In this document: positions 27,606 through 35,904 of the stretch, piece after piece
Layout of the letters: the number at the start of each line of letters is the position of its first letter
Position numbering within the stretch: the stretch's first letter is position 1
Assembly: GCA_046484465.1 (NCBI GenBank)
Contig: JAWOIV010000030.1
Coordinates: 1-59,091 of the forward strand
From: Gaiellaceae bacterium
GTDB taxonomy: Bacteria; Actinomycetota; Thermoleophilia; Gaiellales; Gaiellaceae
Length of the DNA: 59,091 bases
Reading direction: 5' to 3'
The notes under the pieces: generated by a model
Database searches by the model: none
The model's input: the letters and a program-made list of their open reading frames with translations, nothing else
Told to the model about the DNA's origin: nothing
Position numbers and translations under genes: made by a program

Positions 27606-27626
27606 CAAGTTACAACTTGTAACTTG
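27606..27626. promoter_or_regulatory. operator-like palindrome copy 2 (CAAGTTACAAcTTGTAACTTG, perfect 10+1+10)
   Basis: Perfect 21-nt palindrome, 66 bp centre-to-centre from copy 1. Confidence 0.55.
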
Positions 27627-27692
27627 GACGGAACGGGCACGGCTCCGTTGCGGATCTGGTGCAGTGCCCGCACTCGAGCGTGGTCGTCTCGA

Positions 27693-29222
27693 TCAGTCGC
27701 GGGCGGGGAGCGCGCGGACGGTGCCGATCGTCTCGGATGCGTACGACTCCGTTCGCACGTCGGCGAGCAGCGCCTGGAGCTCGGAGCGGTCGAGCGTCTC
27801 CCTCTCGAGCAGCGCCTCGGCGACGCGATCGAGAGCCGCTCGGTGCTTGAAGAGCAGTCGCTGCGCCTCGTCGTACGCGTGATCGGTGAGCCGTGCCTGC
27901 TCTGAGTCCCGCAGGCGCTTCGTCTCCTCCGAGAGCGCGTAGTTGTCGGCGCGCATGGTGCGCGACGGCGCGACCTCGGACATCCCGTACTCGAAGACCA
28001 TCGAGCGGGCGAGCTGCGTGACGCGCTCTAGGTCGTTGGCGGCCCCGTTCGTGATCCGCCCGAAGACGACCTGCTCCGCTGCGCGGCCTGCGAGGAACAC
28101 CATCATCAGGTCCACGAACTCCTCGCGCGTGTGCAGGTAGCGATCTTCCGCGGGGATGTTCAACGTGTAGCCGAGCGCTTCGCCGCGGGAGACGATAGTC
28201 GCCTTCTGGGCGGGGAAGAGATCGCCGACGAGGTGCGACATCACCGCGTGGCCGGCCTCGTGGTAGGCGAGGATGCGCTTCTCCTTGTCCGACACGACGC
28301 GGCGCTGCTGCAGGCCCGCGACGATGCGCTCCATCGCGGCGTCGAAGTCGGCCTGACGGATGTACTGCGCTCCGCTTCGTCCTGCGAGGATCGCCGCCTC
28401 GTTGCAGAGATTCGCCAGATCTGCTCCTGTCAGCCCGGACGTCTGGCGGGCGATCTGCCCGAGGTCGACGTCGGCGGCCAACGGCTTGTCCCTCGTATGG
28501 ACGCCGAGGATCGACTCCCGGCCGGAGACGTCCGGCGCGGAGACGAGCACCTGCCGATCGAAGCGCCCGGGACGGAGGAGTGCGGGGTCGAGATCCTGCA
28601 GGCGGTTCGACGCCGCCATGACCACGACCTCGTCGCGGGCTCCGAACCCGTCGAGCTCGACGAGGAGCTGGTTCAGCGTTTGATCGTGCTCACGGTGGAT
28701 GCCGCCACCGGCCCGTGCAGTCCCGACCGCATCGAGCTCGTCGATGAACACGATCGCCGGCGCGTTCTTGCGGGCCTCCTCGAACAGCTTCCGGATGCGC
28801 GCCGCACCGAGACCCGCGAACATCTCGACGAACGACGACGCGCTCTGCGAGTAGAAGTTCGCGCCCGACGCGCTCGCCACGGCCTTCGCGACGAGGGTCT
28901 TGCCCGTGCCCGGCGGGCCGTGCAGGAGGATGCCGCGCGGCACGCGAGCTCCGAGTCGCTCGAACCTCCTGCGGTCACGCAGGAACTCGACGACCTCCTG
29001 CAGCTCGCCCTTCGCCTCGTCGAGCCCCGCGACGTCGTCCCACGAGACCTCGACCTGCGAGCCCCTGATCACCGGGGCGGGCTTCGCCCTCGGCATGAAT
29101 CGGAGCGTGTACAGGAGAAGAAGAATGATGATCCCGAAGAACGCGACTGGGATCCAGGTCAGGATGGTGTTCTGGAGGTCGCCCACCTCCCCTCGTATCG
29201 GCACCGGGGGATGCCCGCTCAA
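27693..29222 (-). CDS. FtsH-like AAA+ zinc metalloprotease paralog with a single N-terminal TM and no periplasmic domain
   Basis: GPPGTGKT, IVFIDELDAV and HEAGHAV motifs. Only one hydrophobic segment (ILTWIPVAFFGIIILLLLY) lies directly before the AAA module. The TTG start at 29222 is uncertain. Confidence 0.85.
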   Translation of the reverse strand: MSGHPPVPIRGEVGDLQNTILTWIPVAFFGIIILLLLYTLRFMPRAKPAPVIRGSQVEVSWDDVAGLDEAKGELQEVVEFLRDRRRFERLGARVPRGILLHGPPGTGKTLVAKAVASASGANFYSQSASSFVEMFAGLGAARIRKLFEEARKNAPAIVFIDELDAVGTARAGGGIHREHDQTLNQLLVELDGFGARDEVVVMAASNRLQDLDPALLRPGRFDRQVLVSAPDVSGRESILGVHTRDKPLAADVDLGQIARQTSGLTGADLANLCNEAAILAGRSGAQYIRQADFDAAMERIVAGLQQRRVVSDKEKRILAYHEAGHAVMSHLVGDLFPAQKATIVSRGEALGYTLNIPAEDRYLHTREEFVDLMMVFLAGRAAEQVVFGRITNGAANDLERVTQLARSMVFEYGMSEVAPSRTMRADNYALSEETKRLRDSEQARLTDHAYDEAQRLLFKHRAALDRVAEALLERETLDRSELQALLADVRTESYASETIGTVRALPARD

Positions 29223-29226
29223 GCGC

Positions 29227-29232
29227 TACGGT
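29227..29232 (+). promoter_or_regulatory. -10-like hexamer TACGGT, 7 nt before ATG 29240 (leaderless-type)
   Basis: TAnnnT hexamer inside the 17-bp divergent spacer. Confidence 0.4.
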
Positions 29233-29239
29233 TGGCCGC

Positions 29240-30259
29240 ATGACGGCCGAGCTGGAGCTCCCGCCGCACGTCGATCTCGACCGAGCGAGCGAGGTCTTCC
29301 GCGTCGACTACCCGGCCAGATTCGCGGAGGCCGTCGCGTGGAGGGACGAGCGCGTGCTCACCGCGGCCGCGGACGACCAGCGTCGCGTGTGCCTGCTCCT
29401 CGTCGACGTCCAGAACACGTTCTCCACGCCCGGCTTCGAGCTCTTCGTGGCCGGCCGGTCGGGAACGGGCGCGCTCGACGACTCGCGCCGGCTCTGCGCA
29501 TTCCTCTACCGCAACCTAGGAGCGCTCACCCGCGTGGTCGTCACCCTGGACACGCATCAAGCGTTTCAGATCTTCCATGCGCCCTTCCTCATCGACGCCG
29601 AGGGCCGTCATCCAGTGCCGTACACGCTCGTCACGCCGGAGGACGTCTCGGCGGGCCACTGGCGGGTCGATCCGGATGCGGCGACGCTCCTGGGGCTCAA
29701 GGACGCGGGTGACGAGCACCTGAGGGCATACGTGGACGCCCTGGCCGCCGGCGGCAAGTACGACCTCACGATCTGGCCGTTCCACGCGATGCTCGGCGGA
29801 ATCGGCCACGCGCTCGTGAGCGTGATCGAGGAGGCGCTCTTCTTCCATGCGATCGCTCGGCGCTCGCAGACCCGGTTCGAGGTCAAGGGACAGCAGCCGC
29901 TGACCGAGCACTACTCGGTGCTTGGCCCCGAGGTGCTCAGAGGAGCAGGGGGTGAGCAGCTCGGCGAGTACAACGCAGCGCTCATCGAGCATCTCATCGG
30001 GTTCGACGCCGTCGTCGTCGCAGGCCAGGCGAAGAGCCACTGCGTCGCGTGGACGGTTGCGGACCTCCTGGCCGCCGCCCCCGAGATCGCATCGCGCCTC
30101 TACCTCCTCGAGGACTGCTGCTCCCCGGTCGTCGTGCCGGGAGTCGTGGACTACACGGACGAGGCAGATGCAGCGTTCGCCCGCTTCGAGGCAGAGGGCG
30201 CACACGTCGTCCGCTCGACGGAGCCGCTCACGTCCTGGCCCGGCCCGCTCGGGGAGTAG
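29240..30259 (+). CDS. isochorismatase-family cysteine hydrolase, nicotinamidase-like (long form, 339 aa)
   Basis: LLLVDVQNTF (catalytic Asp), LDTHQAFQIFH (D-x-H...H metal-site-like) and AGQAKSHCV (catalytic Cys). Convergent with pncB. Confidence 0.7.
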   Translation: MTAELELPPHVDLDRASEVFRVDYPARFAEAVAWRDERVLTAAADDQRRVCLLLVDVQNTFSTPGFELFVAGRSGTGALDDSRRLCAFLYRNLGALTRVVVTLDTHQAFQIFHAPFLIDAEGRHPVPYTLVTPEDVSAGHWRVDPDAATLLGLKDAGDEHLRAYVDALAAGGKYDLTIWPFHAMLGGIGHALVSVIEEALFFHAIARRSQTRFEVKGQQPLTEHYSVLGPEVLRGAGGEQLGEYNAALIEHLIGFDAVVVAGQAKSHCVAWTVADLLAAAPEIASRLYLLEDCCSPVVVPGVVDYTDEADAAFARFEAEGAHVVRSTEPLTSWPGPLGE

Positions 30260-30398
30260 ACGGTCGATGCCACGGAGTGGCCCTCTCGAGACGCGGGCTG
30301 GCCGCGCGGGAGAGCGAGGAGCGAAGCGCACGCGGCCCCGACGCTCCAGATCGCGCATCTGGACGCGCAAGGTCGTGGCATCAATTATCTGCTAGCTC

Positions 30399-31742
30399 TC
30401 AGCCGGAAGCCGCGGCAGCGAGGCGCGAGCGCAGGCCTTCGAGCTCGGGATCGACATGCACGTCGTACGACGCCGCGTCGAGCGCGCGCACCGGATCCGG
30501 AAGTACCTCGCGCTCTCGACGGGCGCGCTCCCGGGTCTCTGCGAGGGACTCTGTCCACGTCACACGACCGTCCCGCATCACCTCGCGCAGGAGCGGCTCG
30601 CCGTCGGCGACACCGTCGGTGAGCCCGAGCACGTCATGGGCTGACCTCCCGTCGTGGCTCACCCGCCACAGCTGCTTGCGCCCCGGCAGCGTCGCCTTCC
30701 CCTCGGACAGCTTGAGAACGGGCCGGCCGTCGAGCTCCACGAGCTTGTAGACCATGTCCAGGAACGGCGCGTCCGCCGAGACGCCCATCGCCGTGCCGAC
30801 CCCGAAGCCGCCGATCGGCGCGCCGGCATCGAGCAGCCGGGCGATCTCGTCCTCGTCGAGGCCGCCGCTCGCGAACACCAGCGCATCGGCGAAACCCGCG
30901 TCGTCGAGGATCTCACGGACTTCGTGGCTCAGAGCCACGAGGTCGCCCGAGTCGAGTCGCACGCCGCGCAGCCGGTGCCCGTCCTCGGCGAGCTCTCGCG
31001 CGACGGCGACTGCGCGGCGGGCTCCTTCGAGGGTGTCGTACGTGTCGACCAGGAGGATTGCGTCATCCGGATACGCGCGAGCGAACGCCCGGAACGCCTC
31101 GACTTCGTCATCGAAGGCCTCGATGTACGAGTGGGCCATCGTGCCGGCCAGCGGGACTCCGTACCGTCGGCCGGCGAGGACGTTGCTCGTGGCGTCGAAG
31201 CCCGCGAGGTAGCTCGCCCGCGCGACCTCGAGGCCGGCCTCCCCTCCGTGCGCTCGCCGCAGTGCGAAGTCGACGAGCAGACGACTCCCCGCCGCCTCGA
31301 CGGAGCGCGCCGCCTTGGACGCGATCAGCGTCTGCAGGTGCACCTCGTTCAGCACCATCGTCTCGGCAATCTGTGCCTCGAGCAGCGGGGCCGTGAGCTC
31401 GAGGAGCGGCTCGCTCGGGAAGACGGGCGTCCCTTCGGGGAGCGCCCGTACGTGGCCCTGGAACCGGAGCGCCGCGAGCCGATCGAGGAACGGAGCTGTG
31501 AAGAGGCCGGTGCCTTCCAGGTACGCAAGGTCACCGTCGTCGAAGCGGAGCTGCGCGAGGTAGCGCAGCGCGTCCTCCAGCCCGGCCGCGAGTGCGTAGC
31601 CCCAGCGAGGAGGCAACGTGCGAAAGAAGAGGGAGAACGTGGCCTCGCGCTCGGCGATGCCCTCCCGCACGTAGCTCTCGCCCATCGTGAGCTGGTAGAG
31701 GTCGACGAGAAGCCCGCTTCGCTCGTCACCCGGTGTCGTCAC
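30399..31742 (-). CDS. pncB: nicotinate phosphoribosyltransferase
   Basis: LLVDLYQLTMGESY...GTMAHSYIEAF motifs. GTG 31742 (VTTPGDERSGLLVDLY) is in frame within ORF 30399..31994. Confidence 0.85.
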   Translation of the reverse strand: MTTPGDERSGLLVDLYQLTMGESYVREGIAEREATFSLFFRTLPPRWGYALAAGLEDALRYLAQLRFDDGDLAYLEGTGLFTAPFLDRLAALRFQGHVRALPEGTPVFPSEPLLELTAPLLEAQIAETMVLNEVHLQTLIASKAARSVEAAGSRLLVDFALRRAHGGEAGLEVARASYLAGFDATSNVLAGRRYGVPLAGTMAHSYIEAFDDEVEAFRAFARAYPDDAILLVDTYDTLEGARRAVAVARELAEDGHRLRGVRLDSGDLVALSHEVREILDDAGFADALVFASGGLDEDEIARLLDAGAPIGGFGVGTAMGVSADAPFLDMVYKLVELDGRPVLKLSEGKATLPGRKQLWRVSHDGRSAHDVLGLTDGVADGEPLLREVMRDGRVTWTESLAETRERARREREVLPDPVRALDAASYDVHVDPELEGLRSRLAAAASG

Positions 31743-31764
31743 GCGAAGACCCGCCCCGGGTCGG

Positions 31765-32553
31765 TCAGGCCGTGCCGAGCTCGAGCGCGAGGCATGCGTC
31801 GCGCGCGGCGTCGGCGACCTCGACCTGCTCGTCCGACGGCTCGGACGTGGAGATGTGGCGCTGCAGCTCGAACCCGGGCCGCGAGATCGCGCGGGCGAGG
31901 CGACGCTCGGGATTCCTCGCAGCCCAGCCGTGGAGCTCGAGCGCGACACCGATCGCGCCGACGGTGCCGACGACCCGCGCGACGCCACGGGCACGCGCGG
32001 GCACCTGCGTCACGACGACGTTCGCCACCGCGGAGGCCGCGAGCAACGGCGCGACGAGTTGCGAGCCGCACCGGGGGTGCTCCTTCGGCGCACGCACCAC
32101 CCCGCCGCTCTCGTACGTCCCGATCGAGACGTGCTCTGCGCCGTGGTACGAGGCGAGGTCGGGACCACGCAGCGCCATCCCCGCCGGCAGCAGGCTCAGG
32201 ACCCCGGCCGCGACCTCCCGGCCGGGCGAGAAGCGAGCTCGGCGAAGCAGCCTGGCGCCGAGCACCGACGTCGCAATGGATCCGAGGACGATCGGCCGCT
32301 CGAAGGGGAGACGCGCCTGTGGCAGCGCCCGCCGCACGGACGGCAGGAGCGCGAACGCATCGGCGAGGACGAGCGGCCCGCGCAGGACCGGAAGGCGACG
32401 GCGAACGGCCGGGGCGATCACCGGCTTCCTCGCCGAGGCCACGTGCAGCGCTCCGTCCGCGCCGCGCACGGCGCAGCCCCACGATGTCGGGCCGTGAACG
32501 AGCACGCCGTTCTGGAGTGCCATCCCCCCGAGCCTGACCGTCGGATCCGCCAC
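31765..32553 (-). CDS. DUF1385 domain-containing protein
   Basis: GGMALQNGVLVHG...YHGAEHVSI...HPRCGS motifs typical of DUF1385. Start is GTG 32553 (or ATG 32523), 10 nt after the pabC stop. Confidence 0.75.
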   Translation of the reverse strand: MADPTVRLGGMALQNGVLVHGPTSWGCAVRGADGALHVASARKPVIAPAVRRRLPVLRGPLVLADAFALLPSVRRALPQARLPFERPIVLGSIATSVLGARLLRRARFSPGREVAAGVLSLLPAGMALRGPDLASYHGAEHVSIGTYESGGVVRAPKEHPRCGSQLVAPLLAASAVANVVVTQVPARARGVARVVGTVGAIGVALELHGWAARNPERRLARAISRPGFELQRHISTSEPSDEQVEVADAARDACLALELGTA

Positions 32554-32563
32554 GTCCCAGACC

Positions 32564-33391
32564 TTACTCAGCCGCGAGGTCGCGGAGCGCGCGCTGGAGC
32601 GTCTCCGACGCGGGCCCACGCCCGAGCGGGCGGCCGTCGATCTCCACCAGGGGCATGATCTCGCGCACCGAGGAGGAGGTGAACGCCTCGTCGGCGTCGA
32701 GAAGAAGGTCGAGCGGATATGCGCCCTCCTCGACGCGGTAGCCGCACGAGGGCGCCAGCTCGACGAGCGCCGAACGGGTGACTCCGGCCAGGATCCCGAG
32801 GTCGAGCGACGGCGTATACAGCGCCTCGCCCAGCCGCCACCACACGTTCGTCACCGTTCCCTCGAGGACGATCCCGTCTGCATCCACGAAGCACGCCTCG
32901 TCCGCTCCGCGTCGCTTCGCCTCCGCCTCGGCGGCCATGTTCACCGCGTAGCTGGTCGACTTGACCCCGGGGAGGAGCCAGGCCGCGGTTGCGCGGATGC
33001 CGAGCAGGGAGACGGCTCTCGCACCGCGAGCCCGGACGCGCTCGATCCACTCCGGCACGTCACTGAGGAGCACGAGGCCGAGTGGGTCGGCACCCGCGGG
33101 CCCACCGGTCCAGACGAGGCGGAGCACCGTGTCGGCGCTCCCGGGATCCGGCAGGACGAGCTCGGTCGCTTCCTCCAGCCCCGAGCGGTCGAGGTGCGGC
33201 AGGCCGATGCTCTCCGCGGAGGCCTCGAGACGATCGAGGTGCGCCGCGAGCCGAAACGGCCGTCCCGCGTAGACGCGCGCCGTCTCGAACGCCGCCCGGC
33301 CGCGGAGCAGCGCGTCGTCGTCGGCGCGAAGCACCGGCTCGGTGGGATCCACGCGGCCGCGACCGGTCAATGCGAGTGCGAGGAGGCTCAC
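32564..33391 (-). CDS. pabC: class-IV aminotransferase fold, aminodeoxychorismate lyase-like
   Basis: Class-IV PLP-enzyme similarity (GVKSTSY..N..A..EA...GADEA.F.D..G...EG...N). GTGA overlap with the pabB stop. Confidence 0.75.
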   Translation of the reverse strand: MSLLALALTGRGRVDPTEPVLRADDDALLRGRAAFETARVYAGRPFRLAAHLDRLEASAESIGLPHLDRSGLEEATELVLPDPGSADTVLRLVWTGGPAGADPLGLVLLSDVPEWIERVRARGARAVSLLGIRATAAWLLPGVKSTSYAVNMAAEAEAKRRGADEACFVDADGIVLEGTVTNVWWRLGEALYTPSLDLGILAGVTRSALVELAPSCGYRVEEGAYPLDLLLDADEAFTSSSVREIMPLVEIDGRPLGRGPASETLQRALRDLAAE

Positions 33392-34461
33392 GAACGCGCC
33401 CTCGCTGCGGTGGCCGACCCCAGCGCCTCCAGCAGCGGCGCCGCCTTCGTCCAGGACTCCTCCACCTCCGCCGCGGGCTCCGAGTCCCACACGATGCCAC
33501 CGCCGACCCAGAGGTGAATCCTCCCTTCCGCGACGGCAAACGTCCTGATCGTGAGCGCGAGGTCGAAGTCCCCGTTCCCGCGAATGCGGCCTGTCGCACC
33601 CATTGAAGCCCCTCTGCCGACGGGCTCCAGCTGTGCGATCAGATCGACGGCGGCGATCTTCGGTGCCCCCGTGACCGAGCCGCCGGGAAAGGTGGCGTCG
33701 AGAGCGTCGGCCAGGCCCACCCCTTCTCGGAGCGTCCCCTCGACGGTGGACACCATGTGCGCGACGCCGGCAAGCTGGCGCGTCGTCATCAGCTCGGGCC
33801 AGCGCACGCTTCCAGCCTCGCACACGCGAGAGAGATCGTTGCGCTCGAGGTCGACGATCATCACGTGCTCGGCCGCGTCCTTGTCCGAGCCTGCGAGCTC
33901 GGCTTCGGCGCCGATCGGGCGCGTTCCCTTGATCGGCATCGTCCAGAGGCGCCGGCCACGACGAGCCAGGAAGAGCTCGGGTGAGGCCGAGACGACAGCC
34001 CAGCCGTCTGCGACGAGAGGCTCCGGATGCAGCGGCCGGAGGTGGCGGAGCGCCTGCGCGACCGCGACGACGTCACCCGAAAAGGGTGCCGAGAGATGCT
34101 GGACGAGGTTCACCTGGTAGACGTCGCCACGCGCGATCGCTTCGCGGACCTGCTCGACCGCTGCGCCGTACTCGGTGGCCGTCCACGTCGCCTCCCACGT
34201 GCCGAGCGCGAGCTCCTCGTCGCTCTGAGCCACAACGCGTTCCGCGTCGCGGACGCGGCAGGCGGCGAGGGGGAGAGTTGGGCATGGCTCGGGCGGCGGG
34301 GCGGTCGTGTCGCGGCGGATCGCATGGGAGAGGCCGTAGCCGAGGTAGACGTCGGCGACGAGCTCTTCGCCGCCAGGCAGGAAGAAGCCCCGGTCACGGA
34401 GCCACTCCTCGATCCGCGCGAACGCGCCCGTGGGCTCGCGTAGCTCGAGCAGCTCAGCCAC
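33388..34461 (-). CDS. pabB: aminodeoxychorismate/anthranilate synthase component I family (short N-terminus)
   Basis: Chorismate-binding domain (GDVYQVNL...PGGSVTGAPK...). GTG 34461 overlaps the rpe stop (GTGGCTGA). The upstream part of the ORF is antisense shadow of rpe. Confidence 0.8.
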   Translation of the reverse strand: MAELLELREPTGAFARIEEWLRDRGFFLPGGEELVADVYLGYGLSHAIRRDTTAPPPEPCPTLPLAACRVRDAERVVAQSDEELALGTWEATWTATEYGAAVEQVREAIARGDVYQVNLVQHLSAPFSGDVVAVAQALRHLRPLHPEPLVADGWAVVSASPELFLARRGRRLWTMPIKGTRPIGAEAELAGSDKDAAEHVMIVDLERNDLSRVCEAGSVRWPELMTTRQLAGVAHMVSTVEGTLREGVGLADALDATFPGGSVTGAPKIAAVDLIAQLEPVGRGASMGATGRIRGNGDFDLALTIRTFAVAEGRIHLWVGGGIVWDSEPAAEVEESWTKAAPLLEALGSATAARARS

Positions 34462-35146
34462 GCACGGGTGCGGCGACGGCCGCGGACAGCTCCCGGTAGG
34501 CGCTCGCCGGATCGTCGTGCCAGAAGATCGCACTCCCGGCGACAAGCAGGTCGGCACCCGCGTCACGAGCGCGGCGAATCGTCTCGGAGTTGACTCCGCC
34601 GTCCACCTGGACGCGCACGCCGTCCGGGAGCAGCGAGCGGAGCTGCTCGATCCGCTCCAGCGCCTCGGGCATGAACGGCTGCCCCGAGTAGCCGGGCTCG
34701 ATGGACATGCAGAGGACGAGGTCGGCGCCGGCACCCGCCGCCGCGGCGTCCTCGACCGGAGTCTCGGGCTTGAACGAGACTCCGACGCCCAGCCCGAGCG
34801 AACGTGCGAGCGCGATCGCCCGCGCGGGATCGTCACAGGCCTCGACGTGGAAGGTCACACTGTCGCCGCCCCCCTTGGCCACCGCCTCGAAGTGGCGCTC
34901 CGGCTCCGCGACCATGAGGTGGCAGTCGAGGATGCAGCCCCAGCCGTGGACGAGTGGCGAGAGCGACGCGAGGACGATCGGCCCGATCGTGATCTCGGGG
35001 ATGAAGTGGCCGTCGCCGGCGTCGAAGTGGAAGATGCGCGCGCCTGCCGTCGCGAGGACCTCGATCTCCGCGCCGAGCCGCGACATGTCGGCCGCGTAGA
35101 GCGACGGCGCGACCTCGACGTCTCCGGCCCAGTCGTTCCAGCCCAT
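34454..35146 (-). CDS. rpe: ribulose-phosphate 3-epimerase
   Basis: APSLYAADMSRLG...HFDAGDGHFIPEITIGP...DCHLMV motifs. ATG 35146 has TACCGT 7 nt upstream. Confidence 0.9.
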   Translation of the reverse strand: MGWNDWAGDVEVAPSLYAADMSRLGAEIEVLATAGARIFHFDAGDGHFIPEITIGPIVLASLSPLVHGWGCILDCHLMVAEPERHFEAVAKGGGDSVTFHVEACDDPARAIALARSLGLGVGVSFKPETPVEDAAAAGAGADLVLCMSIEPGYSGQPFMPEALERIEQLRSLLPDGVRVQVDGGVNSETIRRARDAGADLLVAGSAIFWHDDPASAYRELSAAVAAPVRG

Positions 35147-35153
35147 CCGTCGC

Positions 35154-35159
35154 ACGGTA
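35154..35159 (-). promoter_or_regulatory. -10-like hexamer TACCGT, 7 nt before rpe ATG (leaderless-type)
   Basis: TAnnnT hexamer on the minus strand in the rpe/rpiA divergent spacer. Confidence 0.4.
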
Positions 35160-35182
35160 ACGAGAACGGCACCTGTCGGCTG

Positions 35183-35188
35183 TAGGGT
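35183..35188 (+). promoter_or_regulatory. -10-like hexamer TAGGGT upstream of rpiA
   Basis: It lies 2 nt before GTG 35191 and 8 nt before the in-frame GTG 35197, so the true rpiA start may be 35197. Confidence 0.3.
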
Positions 35189-35190
35189 CC

Positions 35191-35850
35191 GTGGCCGTGG
35201 TGCCCGACCTCGAGCACGAGAAGCGAATCGCGGCGGAGGCCGCCGCCCTGCTCGTCGAGGACGGCATGGCCGTCGGGCTGGGGACGGGATCGACCGCCTC
35301 GTACTTCATCACCGCGCTCGCCGCCCGAGGCCTCGACATCCGCTGCGTCGCCACGTCACCTGCAAGCGCCGAGCAGGCGCTTGCGCTCGGACTCCACGTC
35401 GAGCCGTTCAACGGAGTCGGGGCGCCGACGCACCTCGACCTGGCCGTCGACGGGGCCGATCAGGTCGCCGCGGACGGCTGGGTCGTGAAGGGGAACGGCG
35501 GCGCACATACGCGCGAGAAGGTCGTCGCTGCCGCGGCGGCGCGCTTCGTGCTGATCGCGTCGTCGGACAAGGTGGTCGAGCAGGTCACGTCTCCTATCCC
35601 CCTGGAGCTCCTCGCGTTCGGCGTCGAGGCGACGATCGCGCGGCTCGAGCACGTGCGCCGCCGCGGCGTCCTGCTCACACCCGACGGCGGGGTGCTCGTC
35701 GACTGGGTCGGGCCGGTGGACGACCCGGCCACGCTCGCACAACGGCTCTCGGCCACGCCGGGAGTCGTCGATCACGGCATGTTCCCGCCCGACCTCGTGA
35801 GCGAGGTGTTGATCGGGCGCGAGAGCGGCGTCGAGCGGCGCCGCTCGTGA
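35191..35850 (+). CDS. rpiA: ribose-5-phosphate isomerase A
   Basis: GLGTGSTA and DLAVDGADQV motifs. Confidence 0.9.
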   Translation: MAVVPDLEHEKRIAAEAAALLVEDGMAVGLGTGSTASYFITALAARGLDIRCVATSPASAEQALALGLHVEPFNGVGAPTHLDLAVDGADQVAADGWVVKGNGGAHTREKVVAAAAARFVLIASSDKVVEQVTSPIPLELLAFGVEATIARLEHVRRRGVLLTPDGGVLVDWVGPVDDPATLAQRLSATPGVVDHGMFPPDLVSEVLIGRESGVERRRS

Positions 35851-35888
35851 TCCATCGCCCCGGGCTCCGATCGTCTCCGTGCCCTGCG

Positions 35889-35901
35889 CCGTAGGGGCGA
35901 G
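35889..35901 (+). repeat. REP-like motif copy 3 (CCGTAGGGGCGAG)
   Basis: 13-nt core shared with copies 1 and 2. It sits in the rpiA/zwf convergent spacer, 3 nt from the zwf stop. Confidence 0.55.
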
Positions 35902-35904
35902 TCG

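Noticed and set aside
27516-27608. Longer mce start (ORF-track 27608)
   Set aside because: It would translate both AT-rich palindromes with poor codon usage. VOC-family similarity begins only at IHHIGLAV, and GTG 27515 has a correctly spaced -10-like box.
30266-30382. Long-range 9-bp inverted repeat (GATGCCACG / CGTGGCATC) plus a CCAGAT-cgcgc-ATCTGG hairpin in the pncA-like/pncB convergent spacer
   Set aside because: The arms are only 9 bp, with no extension. A rough chance expectation of such a pair within a 140-nt spacer is not negligible. It is probably ordinary terminator-region structure.
34462-34836. Longer pabB N-terminus (ORF-track 34836)
   Set aside because: This region is fully inside rpe on the same strand in another frame. 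The translation is Ser/Arg/Pro-rich with no anthranilate-synthase N-domain similarity.
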